From: Antedon mediterranea
Lineage: Eukaryota > Animalia > Echinodermata
Assembly (NCBI RefSeq): GCF_964355755.1
Contig: NC_092679.1
Location: 6,788,201 to 6,852,200 of the forward strand
DNA: 64,000 nt
Direction: 5' to 3'
Shown here: one piece after another, positions 39,718 through 53,141 of the stretch
Layout: each line of letters starts with the position of its first letter
Numbering within the stretch: position 1 is the first letter of the stretch
Notes under the pieces: model-generated
What the model was told of the DNA's origin: nothing
Databases searched by the model: none
The model's input: only the letters and a program-made list of their open reading frames with translations
Position numbers and translations under genes: made by a program

Positions 39718-41049
39718 CCAATGAAAAATGTTGGTATTCGTGTACGTCCCCGCTCTTAATTTAAGATACAAGAATCTCCTCTGTGTTCCCTTTAGTAGAT
39801 TCAATGTACTTATCCTATAATAGTTTAGTCCAGGGCCATCCCTGTATCGACATATTAATTCCAGTCGTCTTTTTCGTCGTACGTATTAAGTTTGTGAAAG
39901 TGTTCGTGTTTCTGTTAACCATACGCAACGATGAGTTACAATGTACGGTATGTCTGGTAATAAACCAGATAATATAAGCATATATGCCTACATATAATGC
40001 GAACAATAAAACTATATTGAATTGTATAAAATATTTGTATATATTTTGTGTCTCATAAAATGGAATGTAGGCCTACGAAGTGATTAAATTGATTAAAACT
40101 GCGAAATGTGCTATTCTTCAATTTTCATGTTTTGGAGGACACTACATCTTTAATGAAATAACAAAAACGAAAATTGAATTATATTCCCATTGTGACACGA
40201 AATTTGCGTATTCGCATGTTTGTACATCAGTTTGCGCTGTGACAACTGCTAGAATCAACCTGAATTTGCGTGTAATGCTTGTGACGCCAGTCTTTAGTGA
40301 TCAATAATAACATTTTTAAACTAACACCAACATTGTAGCTGTTGCTGTATAAAAATCAAGTAATGATTAAGTTCTAGTAAACTGGCGGTAAGTTAATATC
40401 TAAATTAAATGTTTAAAACCTTTCCAGTATTATTGCAGTTGTTTAAAATCTCATGTGTATGTATGAATGCATGCAATATAAACGATGTATAACAAACTCA
40501 CTCTCTCCTCCGTTACCGTAGACTAATTACATTCCTAATTTACTTACCACGATCAAGATTATCACATCATTTTGCGAGACAGCAGGCCTACCATCTAAAG
40601 AGGATACAGAAAAATAACAATTGTATTCGAGGAGAAATTATACAATATATTCAAATTATTCAATACATCGTATCGTACGTTACTATATTATGAAAAATAC
40701 ACGGTTGCTTAGAGCAAGAAAAGCAAATATATAAGTAGATAGGTATATCAATTACATACCTTAAGGCTAGTGTATCAATTGCTGTGTAAATGCCAGAGTT
40801 GCAAAAAGGTTTCTCAGTCCTTTTGTCTTTCGATCAAATACCGTGACAGAAGCTTCTATATCCTTAACATGCGTGCCGTTGTATTTTGTTGATTTAGGAC
40901 TTTGCGAGTATAAAAGAATGGCATGGAAGTTGGATACAATTACATTAGTACTTAATACTTTCTTCACTCAAATAAGTTCTAGTTTTGACCTAACTTTACA
41001 ATCTATTACTATTATTAGCGAGTCATTGAATATCAACTGGCATTAATTT

Positions 41050-41090
41050 GGCCAACTGGAAGGGTTACCCTCTATAAATAAAGTTAAATT
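41050..41090 (+). mobile_element. Short 3' tail of the same old L2/CR1-type LINE family as 58190-58270
   Basis: GGAAGGGTTACCCTCTATAAATAAAGTT matches GGAAGGATTACCCTCTATAAATAAAGTT at ~58216-58242. Confidence 0.6.
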
Positions 41091-42578
41091 TAAAAAGTAT
41101 TATAAATTATAAATAAGATTGTTCTTGTTTTGTTTATTAACCGTAAATGAAAAAAAAATGCGAACAAGGAAAATATAAACATTTTACACAAATAATTTAT
41201 AACCGTTTATTGCCATTAAAAAAATTTACAATATAATTATTCTAAAAATATGTGGTCACTTCACCAATAAAAATACAAATATACAATACTCCGTCGTACA
41301 AACTTCATCTAATGTATACAAAATTCACAATCAACCAACCACTCACTAAAATTGCTACACAAATGGATCACATACGTTGGGATACCACTAAGTTCATGAT
41401 GTTCGCTGCGGCTGTCGGTAAAGTCCAACTAGAAGCTCTTGATTCAAATTTAATTTGAAACGTTTTTATCACGTTATCATCAGCAAAATATTCCCAATAT
41501 AATATAATAAAAATTAATTAAAATTCAGACTAGAATATATGATAAAGCTCTGTCTACACTATCAAACTAGTTTGACAAAAAAAGTGTGATGTGCCCAAAT
41601 ATAGTTGTGGTATGCCCAGATATGGTAGTGTTATGCTCAAATATGGTAGTGATAGGACATCAGCATGTCCATATATGGGCACATCACATTTTTTTGTCAT
41701 AAAGTTTGATAGTTTAGACAGAGCTTCAAGGTTTATTTGCTGTCTGGTGTGACAGTTTCCGTTGTTTAAAATAGACTCATCGCAGACGTGATTTAATAAT
41801 GTTAATAGCATAGTGAGAATCATACTTGGCAAGCAATACCTGGAAAAAACCTATAAAACTACTGAAAGATTAAGCACTGTCTACACTATCAAACTTTAAC
41901 TAGTTTGATAGTGTAGACAGAGCTTTAGAAGCCCTTATCCTACAATATAACTTTATTAATAGTCAAATTTATTTCAACTCGTATACATTCAAACAAAATT
42001 ACCGAACTGTGTCAAACATGTCTATTCTATACATCGCCTCCCGAAACATCGTTCGTTCATTCATTCGCTACTACTGCGTAAACGCGTAAAAGAAGCTCTT
42101 TTTGGTCTAAACATTGATTCCAATAAATGAGCTCATTCAACAAAACAGTAGAAGAATGTGCATTGTTGATTATTCAGATATTGAAAATTAGTATATATAA
42201 TGCATTTCTTGTCATTTTTGTCATGCCCTCAGTTTAGTAGTCTATGGAATCTCAATGTAAACAAAACATTTGTGAATAAATGAGAAATTGTAGCATTTCA
42301 TGTTATATTTCAGTCAAAATAAAATGTTTATTACTTAATCTGTAACTTGTAACTGTAGATTTTAGTGATTTGTTTTAAATATATAGTTGTAAATCTCTCA
42401 CACTGTTTAAACTTTTTAGCATACAAAATGTACAAATTGCATATATTCACATATAACTCACTTTGACTAGAGTACTATTGAACTTTGAACATACAGTACT
42501 TGTGTTAAACAATCGGACTGACCTCTATCTTTAAGTTGAATTTGAAGGATGATAGATAGTATAGTTTGTTGAGGTTTA

Positions 42579-45500
42579 TTACTTGTATTGTGGTAACAGT
42601 GTCTTTGCTTCTGTTCTTGCCGTAATCTCCTGAAATATAAATAAATAGAAACAAAAACGTATTGTTATCTTCCTAAAATGTACATTATGCAGTAGAGCCC
42701 GTATCAAATGGACACCTTAGGACACTGTGTTTGTTTCACACGGGAAAATTTCCACTTTATATTTTTTCTGTAACAGGGGGTTTCTACTTTTATAAGCTTT
42801 GCTTTTGAGATTCCCCCTTTCCATTCTTTTCTATCTTTGTACTTGTATCATTATTGTAACATTATACTTTTGGCACTTTTGGCCTTTCATACGTCACACG
42901 TGCAGTTGACACAAATGGAGCTTACCAAATAAATATTCATCTCGTTTGCCAGTAGTTACATGTCATTTTGTCTTATTTTTTACTTAATTACACAAGAAAG
43001 AAAAAAAAAATTTATAACAGTGTCCAAAACGCAGGGTTTTCTTCTGTAACAGATTTTGTTTTTAATATAGGGAGAACATTAAAATAATGTTCAGATTTCT
43101 GGGCTTTTAAGAAAATAACAGAGTAAAATCAAAAGTGTTTTTTTAATAATTACATGACTACTCACATCAGCTGTTTCTCCACCAATTGACACAGCTTTTT
43201 CCAACCAACCAGCCACCTTGGTGTATTCTCTCTTCTGAATATAACACTAAAAAAGGGGATTATAAATATATATTACTTTACTATATAAAATAAATGATGA
43301 GATAAATGTCGTTTTGAAAAAGGAAGAGTTGGAGTGGTGGCCAACATAGATCAGTCAATTCATTAAATTATCTTTTAGGTGATTTCCAATTAAATCATTC
43401 TCTAATTAAAACCATATTTTTCAGTTTAAATAAAGACATCACAGCTATCTAATTTAATTAGTTGTAACATGGAGAATCTCTCCACGGTTGTAACGAGGAT
43501 TACATCATGAAATTTTAATTGTTTCCGAACCTTTGCAATCATCAGAGAATTTGCATTATAGAAATCAGGTTCAATTTCCTCTGCTTTTAGAAAGTTTGAC
43601 AGTGCCTCATCAATGGTGGATTCTGGTAGTGAACCGTAAATAGCCTGAGCCGCTCTCTTCTCCCACCAGCTAAGCATTGAAACCTGTCAAAATAAACACA
43701 AACTAGTTTGACAAAAAAGGTGTGATGTGCTCATATATAATAGTGAATATTAGTCTATAATTTATTGGCTTTATATATATTTTGCAAAGCACGCTCGTTG
43801 AGCTTGTGCACTCTTTGTATTCATAATCAGTGTACCATGTCCTGCATACCTGGCTCAGCCTATATGTTGTGCCAGTTCTGCGGTACATTTCATTTCGAAA
43901 CCTGAGCTGCACTGACGAGATCTAATAAGATCGAAACAGTACTGTCTGCAGATTGGATATATATATATATATCTATGAAATGTATTATTTGAAATTTGTA
44001 CTTTTTTTTTTAATACCTTATTCATTTGTTTTATTGTTATTGATTGAAAGAAAGAAAATAAATGTTTACGTTGAATTGAAATATGACATCATGTCCACAT
44101 ATTTTTTTTCACATAAAGTTTGATAGTGTAGACAGAGCTTTATACAGTTTGTTAGTATATTCCATCACTCATCGGATAAGGAAATAAAACTGGAGGTCCA
44201 AATGTACACATCTGGCTTGTGTGGAAAAGTAGGGGATACTGGTACATGCAGCCTCTGTCGTTGTGTACAGACGTGTTGACATTATGGTAAATGAAAAATT
44301 ACCTCAAAGCACCATCTTCCATAAAAATTATACAAGTAAGCTTCGGCGGGTCTTAATTCAATGGCTTTTAATATATGTTCCTGAAAAAAAGAGTTAAACA
44401 AAAGAAAATATATATTTGTTACTCACAACTATCTATTTGTAAATGGTGTTGGCAATATATCTTCACCTAGCTGGTTGTAAAAAAACATAATTTATCGATG
44501 TCAATTAAAACAATCCTACATCAGTAAATTCTGATTAGATAGAATGTGAGCTGAATTGGTCTCTCAGTATGTTCATTCAATAAGGAAATGTTTGCAAAAA
44601 AACAAAAGATTGTTTTGATCATTTACATATTCCAACAAACCAACAAATACCTCTCTATCATCACAATTATTATTTAATTGTTACTTATTGTACATAGGCA
44701 GATCCAAGAGGAGGGACATTCAATCAATAGACATGACACTAACAGTAGGTTCGGCATTTTACAGTTGCTAGGCCCTGAGCTTCCTATCTCAAAATCCAGG
44801 ATTCGCCACTGACTCACCTTAAACAAGAAACCATTTGATATTTTCTGAGCTGTCGGCTCATATTCTGCTAAACTCCCTATCAACAAAGCAAACCACTTGT
44901 GGGCATCAGCACTCTCATTGTCAAAAGTCAATGCCTTTTTAGCAATTTCTGAACCTGAAAAAAAATGTTTCATGTGTTACTGTATGATGTATATATTTCT
45001 CAAAATACATAATGATTTTCTGAACATTTACTAGTACTACCCAAAGCTATGTCTACACTATCAAACTAGTTTGACAAAATAAGTGTTATGTGTTCAAATA
45101 CGGTAGTGATATGGTCAAATATGGTAGTGATATGACATCATCATGTCCACATATGGGCGAATCACATTTTTTTGTCACATAAAATTTGATAGTGTAGACA
45201 AGGTTTTACACATTTAATGGAAAATGCCTCCAATTCATATCTTGACTGAGGGGTACTTGTTCAGTACATTGTGCATGTATAATTTTGAAATGAATTGAAG
45301 GCATTTTTCCCTTCCATCAGGTGTGGGCATGGTATTATTTTCTCTATAGTTATTAGAAACAAATACTGTACTAAAATAATAAAAATAGTTAAATAAAATG
45401 AAAAATGTCTACATTGCAATAATTATGTTTGGTAACATTATCAAGTATTTTATTTAAACTTACACAAAATATACATTTAAATAAAAGAATATCCAATAAT

Positions 45501-47035
45501 TAATGTTTTGTTTATTTTATCCCCCTAATTTGTTAATTTTTTTTTAGAATAAAAAAAAAACATTTAAAATTAAATAATTACTGTACCTTCATACAGTAAT
45601 CGTTTTTGTTCTATAGATTCCCCATGCTTTGACTTAATACCGCTATATAACATATGAGATTTTGCTAGTCGCCATAGAACCTGAGCATTTCTTGAATACT
45701 GAAAACAGAAAGCAGAACAAGTTAAAAAATATAAACGGGCTGAATCGTCGTGGGCCAAATTGTCTCAGAGCTGAATCGTCCTGGGCCAAATTGTCTCAGG
45801 GCAGAATCATCCTGGGCCAAATTGTCTCATGGCTGAATCGTTCTGGGCCGAATTGTCTCAGGGCTGAATTGTCCTGGGCCGAATATTCCTGGGCCAAATT
45901 GTACTGAGCCGAATTGTCCTGGGCCGAATTGTCTCAGGGCTGAATTGTCCTGGGCCGAATTGTCTTGAGCTGAATCGTCCCTCTACCTAGCTTCAGTTAC
46001 CGTACCTTTTCTCTACTTTCTATTAATAGATCATATGCACTGATGACATCATCCTCGGAGCCTTTGAAGAGTTTATCCACTTCTTTAAGATGTTCACTTA
46101 ATTCTTCATCATCCACTTGGTATTCTGGTGCATCTTTGTACAACAAGGATTCTGGCGCTGTTGTAAATCTTTTTGGGAACAAAACGATCATTTTTTTAAG
46201 TATAAAAATTATAACCAAAACAATCATATCAGTACTTTAAGTAATTCCATTTGCAATTAAATTATTTATTACTTCCAATTTTAGTATAAAAAATGAGTTT
46301 ATTAAAAAAAAAATCTAAATATTTATTGTTCTCTAATTAATCATTTTTTCTTCATTTACGCAATGATGGTGAGTAAATGCTATATCGCATCAGGATCTGA
46401 TCAGGATTATTTTAGTTTAAAATAATATAATACTTTTTGGTATTATGAAAAAATTCAAATGATCTATTGTGCGTTGTTTAGAGATGCAGTGCATGGGGTT
46501 TATTATTGAAACTTACTTATTCCTCACCACTCATTGATAGGCATAAGATAGTTGTAGGCCTAGCTAGTATAAATACAAACACGTGATGATGAATTGCATG
46601 GTCCCTAGAATAGGCCTAAAATAGTATATTTTATTTATTTATTATTATTATGTTAGTACTAGTAGGCCTATTTAATAATATATTATTATTAAAAATTAAA
46701 CAAAATATGCCCATTTAATGATTAAATACTAACACTTCATAGGCTTCTTCAAATTCGTCATCTTCATCACCACTACTCGGATGAATGCTGTAATATGAAC
46801 CGGCCTTTCTTACGCCTCTGGATCGAATCGACGCGGAATCAGTGGACTCTGATAAAACGCTTTTCAGCTTGTCAAGTTCATCGCGAATTTCTCCTACCAA
46901 GTCAGAAAGCTTGCCTAGCTCTCGAGATGTTCTATTAAAAATACGCTCTAAAATAATTGCACCACCTGCGCCGATGACTATACCGATACCTAATGAAGCT
47001 AATAATTCGTGTATACGATTATTAATATTAGCCAT
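42579..47035 (-). CDS. RMDN3: Regulator of microtubule dynamics family protein (RMDN2/RMDN3=PTPIP51-like), 358 aa. Exons 46734-47035, 46006-46168, 45587-45698, 44818-44954, 44303-44380, 43531-43683, 43166-43246, 42579-42629
   Basis: Phase-consistent GT-AG exons. N-terminal TM helix plus coiled coil, acidic FFAT-like segment, TPR region with VLWRLAK, SADAHKWFA, GRWCFEVSMLSWWEKRAAQAIYGSLP. The symbol RMDN3 rather than RMDN2 rests on adjacency to GCHFR. Confidence 0.92.
43901..43956 (+). ncRNA. Type I hammerhead ribozyme in a ~200-bp retrozyme-like monomer (~43760-43972)
   Basis: Stem I CTGCA/TGCAG, core CTGACGA, stem II GATCT-AATA-AGATC, GAAA, palindromic stem III ACAGTACTGT, cleavage triplet GTC (43944-43946). 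Confidence 0.85.
45737..45980. repeat. Minisatellite (GGGCCGAATTGTCCT/GGGCTGAATCGTCCT, 15-16-bp units) in an RMDN intron
   Basis: Tandem array directly visible. Confidence 0.9.
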
Positions 47036-47508
47036 TTTATTATAAACTGTAACTGTAAGTTTTTAACCAGAGGCCTAAATGTGGTGCTGCTTACTGATTA
47101 AAAACATAATGGTCAAAGGTTAACTTAACTTTTGTATAACGCAGTTAATATAAAAAGTGGAACTAGCGGTTTGTATAAAAGTCGAATATTAATACATAAA
47201 ATGTTCGATTTACTGCAATAAAATCACAATGATATTCAAATAGGTAATAGAAAAGTACCATAATATTTATTATATATTGAGGAGGAACGATCCCGACGAC
47301 AAGCGTGTTACGCTAAAAAATAAAAGTTCTATAGGGTGTACTTGTTGTAGAGAAAAAGAAAGAGCTGAGGAGACAAGATCGGGACAGTTCGCCAATCCCG
47401 GAAACTATGATATGTTGACGAATCGAAAAATAAGATGATGCGTGTGTGTGTCGATCGTGTGTGTACAATCTCGGTCTCAATTAGATTAAACTCGATTTAA
47501 ATAGAAAT

Positions 47509-49799
47509 ATGCCTTATGTGTTAATAAGTACGCAGATACGATTGGTAAGTAAACATATTTTGTTTTAATATTAATAATAACAGTTGCTGTTGTTAACACT
47601 AGGCAAGCCGCATGTAGGTGTGTATGCTAGGCCTGTCGTCGTAGGAAACATTGACGATGTCACTGACATCGATGGGTGATGTTGTTAATGTTAGAGTTTT
47701 GTATGCTCTACAGTCGTTTCGTCCCAGTTTTTGTATAAACCTATAGAGCAGTACAGGGATTTTTTCCCAAAAATGGCCAAGTAGGCCCAACTGTACTTTC
47801 CTGGAATAATATTTAGAATTTTTAATGTGCAAAAATGCTGTAATGTGTAATAGATACGTGAATAAATTTGAAAACATAAATTAAATAAACAAACAAATAC
47901 AATCAATAATAAGTAATACGGCGTAATTAATATTATATTATAATGAAAATATAAATTTTGACAACAATACAAATCACTATTGAATATTATACTATTGTTG
48001 ATAAACAAACAATGAAATAAATGAATGTGTTTTTTTATTTATCATTTATAAATAAAAAAAGACAAACAATAAATTAATGTTAAAAAATAGGAATGTGGTC
48101 CAACGATCTGTGGCGATGAGTCATCGGATCCTGAATTAATGGCTGAACTAGGAGCTGTTCTCACTAAACAAGTTGGAAACAACTTGTAAGTACTATCTCT
48201 ATTTTCTTACCATCGTTATACACATTTTGATTGGCTAAATCTCTGTCTACTACACTATCACACTAGTTTGACAAAAAAAGTGTGATGTGCCCAAATAAAA
48301 TATGGTAGTGATATGACATCATGTCCATACAGTACTGTATAGAATAGGCACATAACATTTTTTTGCCATAAAGTTTGATATAAATAAGTGTAGGCAGCGC
48401 TCAACTGTACATTCTCACGAAGGGCACCACATTTCACTATTCCCTTTTTATATCGCTGTTTACTGTATTGGGCTCACCTCCATGTGAACACGTATGAAGA
48501 CCAAAATCTAACTGGTTACTGGCTTAGTACACACTGTACCAAACATGGATTCATTTATTCATTAGTGAACATGCCATATCCATTTATTTATAACATATGC
48601 ATAATAGTACAATTATACATAGAAAAAAAATGAAAATAATGCCTCAAATTTTGTGTGGTTTAGTATAGCAGCCATTTTTAGACAAGTGAATAGAGTTGTT
48701 TCAATGCAATGCATGCAGTTTTAATCAAATGGTTTCTGTCATTAGTTGAACCAAATTAAGACCTTCAGTTTCTTTCATTGTAATTTTAGTTTCTCAAAGA
48801 AATCTGATCAAAAAGTGTACTTAGTTGTATGTATAAACAAGTATACTATAGTTATTACATAATAAATATGTGAATGCTGAAAAGTATAATTATACATTAT
48901 GTTTTGGATAAAATTGAAAAAATTCATCTACTTCCCAAAATATTTTTGAAATAAAATTTTTGTTACTATGCCATGATCAGTGTCGGCAAATCAAGCCGAC
49001 ACCACTACTTTGAAAAAGTGCGATGCTAACGCACGAAACGTTGGTAAGTTCAACGTTTATCTTCACCTTCACTAAAAACGAAAATTTTATTTCAAAAATT
49101 TCATTATGTTTTGGTTTATTTGTAATTTTTAATTTAACTGCTCAAAAGATGTCACTTGTAACCTGGTACAGTAATTTATTTCTGTTGATCGTGAACATTT
49201 TATTTATTTAATATTTATTTTATAAGCGTTTGCTTACAGTATCTTAGTATTTCACTACTAAATGATGAAACACTACAGCATGCAGCATTAAAATACTGGT
49301 ACCATCATGTTTCATTACAATTTATGATGTACGATAATTGACATTTATGTACAGTTTCGTTTAGAATTGCTCGAAGTCTGTATTTATTGTCTTATTTATG
49401 TTTTTCCAAATGTTAATTGATTTTTAACATTGTTATATTAAACTATATACCAATATTATATTTTTTGCTTTGAAATTTGAATTGTTGTGGAAGATATAGA
49501 AAGGGAAATGATGATTTAAGGTTTACAAAATAATAGCAACAAAATGATGGCAACAAGATATGGTCAGCAAGATGATGGGGAAGATTGAAGATTTTCAATT
49601 CTCTCGTTGATGAAGAATAATAATCCTTTTCTCATATTCCCACAGCCACGAATTTCGTTCACCAGAAACGCCACGTGAGGTTCTTGACCGCTTGGAAAAG
49701 CGCGGCTACAAAGTTGTGGGAATGACTGGTATAGGTCAAACATGTATATGGACGCTTCATTGCCCACTAATGCAGAACTGTATTGATAATAATAACTAA
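47509..49799 (+). CDS. GCHFR: GTP cyclohydrolase I feedback regulatory protein (GFRP), isoform a, 94 aa; exons 47509-47544, 48091-48185, 49646-49799
   Basis: Spliced product MPYVLISTQIRL|ECGPTICGDESSDPELMAELGAVLTKQVGNNF|HEFRSPETPREVLDRLEKRGYKVVGMTGIGQTCIWTLH.. matches the GFRP family; canonical splice sites; AATAAA at 49829 and 49849. Confidence 0.95.
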
Positions 49800-52279
49800 T
49801 AGTAATATTTGTATACAGGCCTACTGTAAATAAAAAATTCACATGTACAATAAAGTAACAAAAGTATCCCCCCCCCCCCCCGCCCCATTTCTGCTAAGAT
49901 ATTAACAATGTCAAGCAGTGGCATAATGGCAATGAGCACTCACTGGCTAAATTCAGGGGGCCCTGAGCTTTGCCCAAAGGAAAAGACAAGCCTCCAGAAT
50001 TGGAACTTGGAGGGCCACTTACTGTAGGTTTTTTAAACCAGGCGCATCAAACACAACTCATAAAGCTGTTCAGTGCAATATCAAATATACAGTACTTGTC
50101 TCATTGAGTCTGGTAGAAATTACCAATTACCAAATGTTGAAAATGAACAAGCTTTTGCATGAGAGGCCAATTTAAACAGACGAGCAGCAACGGTAAGTGG
50201 AAAACCGCGTACCTTGTCCCAAGTAGAATTTGTATCTATCCTGAGCTGAAACCGCCAGTCTGCTCTGCGTTGTGTGTGAATGGTCATAAGGAATAACATA
50301 GATTCTATATTTTTATTACCGTTACTGGTCGTATGTGTAAATTGGCCCTTAGTTTGTACACTACCAGTACCTTTAGTTACATTTATTTACATGTGAATCA
50401 AGGTTAATAGTTTCCAGTATTTATTGTGTGGGTTCTGTATGTCTGAAAATTTACATATTATATATACTATTTATATTTAGTGAGTTTAAATGCAGTATAA
50501 TAAATAAATAAATAAATAATTATTTGTATCAAATTGACAACAATTAGGTTTTTATTTTTTTTAATAGGCCTACATGGAAATAAACCAACGCATTTTGAAT
50601 GAAAATACATCAGAAAATTAGCCATGTAGTATTTAATATTGAATTATAAGATAATTGTATTGAATGATTGTGTGGGAAAGTACTGTATAGCCACATAGTA
50701 CAGTACAGTTTTTTAAACCTTCATAAAAAAAACTGAATGTGAACAAATTAAAAATTATTATTGTATGAAAGAAGTTGAAAAGTAGACACAATCATGATTA
50801 TTGGCATTAATATCACTAATTTGAATCATTTTTTCTATGTTTGTTTTAATTGTTACATAAATATAATTGTGCTATTGTTAAAAGGTTGTATTAAAACCAA
50901 ATTTAAGATATTTTGAGAGCTATTTATTCAAAATATTGGTGTGATTGTGAAAAATATTTAACTGATAATTTAAGTTTCCTTAAAATTTAACTATTGAGCA
51001 GTAAAGCTAGGTTCCCAATTGGATGCAACGCAACGGCACACATACGCACAACGTAAAGCTTGGTTCTAACTAGAGACGGAACGCAATGACGTAGACGCAA
51101 CGCAAGCAAGTTGACCAATGACCAGAAAACCATGGAAAACTTTGGTCCCGCCGAAAATCAGTTCAGAGTGAAGCATGGAAAGTCCGATCCCGTGATTGGA
51201 CATTTGTATGCACTTCATGTTCATACATGCGCTCGTACCCACAAACAAAAGGATGTATGCTACGTAGACGCATTGAGTTGACCAATCATAGACGATACAT
51301 TGCGTCGTGATTGGTAGAGTAGCTATAGATAGCTAGATTGTATACCGTGGATACAATTTCTTTTGTCCATGCTTATAATATGTTTGTGAAATTAAATGGA
51401 AAGTTATCAATTTACGTTACAATTCTCATTTATTTAATACAGTTTAAATGCACTTTGCATATTATATCTAGCTCACAACAGAACTGATATAAAATACAAT
51501 GCATGGGGGATATTTATGTTGGTAAGTTTTACTATGGAAAATACCACGAAGATAATTGGACCAGTATGTTTGACATGGTGTCGGCCTTTTATTATTTAAC
51601 GATGGTGGTGGTGTATATATTTTGTTAAGGGTTGTTTGTTTCACGAGCACTTTTCATTTAAACCTATTCACTGATCGTATTGTTTATTTGTTGACATCAA
51701 TTATAATTGTATTATATATTGTGTGTAATTTTGTTTTTATTTTGTGTATAAAATAATGTATTATTGTGGGAAACTGACTTTTACTAATACAAAAGGGCAT
51801 AGGAATCGGGCTCGGTTGGGAACTGTAGGACTTGTCTGTAATTATGTCAGATTGCTGCTTATATAATCTATCGTATGTTGTTATTGTGGTATTTTATATA
51901 AGTACAGTAGTATTCAATCTGTACTTACCGGTAGGCTACTCCGTAATTCATGGTATATCGGGATATTAATCCGCACAGAGTTATAGTTACCGTATATGAT
52001 TGTTTTCCTCCACACGTCGCATGTACCTCATTTTGTCATCACAGTCCCTGTCTGTTCATTTGTTTATACCAAGATACCCTGTCTTCTTTCCAAATATACA
52101 ACAAGTCCAGTGCTTATATAGCTCCTAATTTAATTCGTGAACATTTAGAATATCGCATTGGTTGATGCTTGGTTACTTTCCTATAGATAAATACATCGAA
52201 AGAATAAAAAAAAACAAAAAAAAACGCAAGAATATTTGCATTCATTTTTTTAATTATATAAATAATTTTTTTTTTGCAG

Positions 52280-52439
52280 TAAAGAGTATCGATCACAAGA
52301 AACAGCAAGGAACATTTTGAACCGTCTGGAATTGTTAGGCTATACAATGGTGTCGTCTGCTGGAATTGGCCAAACAATGATATGGACTTTCTTCAGGAAG
52401 CACCGAGAACCAAAACAGAACATGGATTGGTTTGCCTAA
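52280..52439 (+). CDS. GCHFR: GFRP alternative last exon 3b (isoform b, 96 aa)
   Basis: Strong acceptor (T)nGCAG, same phase 2 as exon 3a; encodes KEYRSQETARNILNRLELLGYTMVSSAGIGQTMIWTFFRKHREPKQNMDWFA*; AATAAA at ~52677. Confidence 0.85.
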
Positions 52440-52869
52440 CTTATGTTGTTACAGCGATAAACATTAGTATGGATTTTCTAATGTTACTTCAATATAGAGG
52501 ACTTAATACGCACGCATCGCTACAAGTACTACTACAGTACTACTTTAAACAGTGATAGAAAATGTTATAAACTTAATTATACGCCTATATCACACATCTG
52601 TTTTTTATGCGCATGCTTTATGATATGATCAATATCGTTAATTTGTCATTTAAATAATGTATAGTGTAAAAATGTTAATAAAACATGAGGATTAAATGCT
52701 CATTCAAAATAATTACATTGTCCCAAACAGTTTGTAATTGCGTAACACGTACACAAATAGCGTTTCTCACGCTGACACATTTAAATTTCCAGCCACAAGT
52801 AAAGAAATGTATTTTGTAAGATATAAGAATATCCGCTCCGCCTCGCACCAGCACTCACATTCTTCTAAC

Positions 52870-53141
52870 ATCTCTACACATCATGAATGTGTCACAGAGG
52901 GTGCAGTACCAGGTAGGCTGCCTAGCTTTTAAAGCTATGAACAATATTGCCCCTCGATACATCACCCAACGATTTTCCACTGTTCCGATACGCTCTATGA
53001 TGAGGACTAGGGCTGCTTCTAGGGGCGACTTACTGGTACTCAAAGTCAAATTGGAATGTTTCCGGCGCTCTTTTATTTATTCTGCTAGTATTTTATATAA
53101 TTTATTACCTTCTGTTTTAAAAGAATGTACCAATATTAACT
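52870..53141 (+). pseudogene. Old L2/CR1-type LINE ORF2 C-terminal fragment, left half; right half and 3' tail at 58045-58270
   Basis: ..FKAMNNIAPRYI..RRSFIYSASILYNLLPSVLKECTNIN continues after the younger LINE as SFKFNLKKHILS*, then a 3'UTR and an (AAAT)n tail. Confidence 0.85.

Noticed and set aside
48979-50200. GTAAGT donors at ~49044 and ~50193 as extra GCHFR exons or a second gene copy
   Set aside because: The upstream sequence has no GFRP similarity and no compatible phase or start could be shown.
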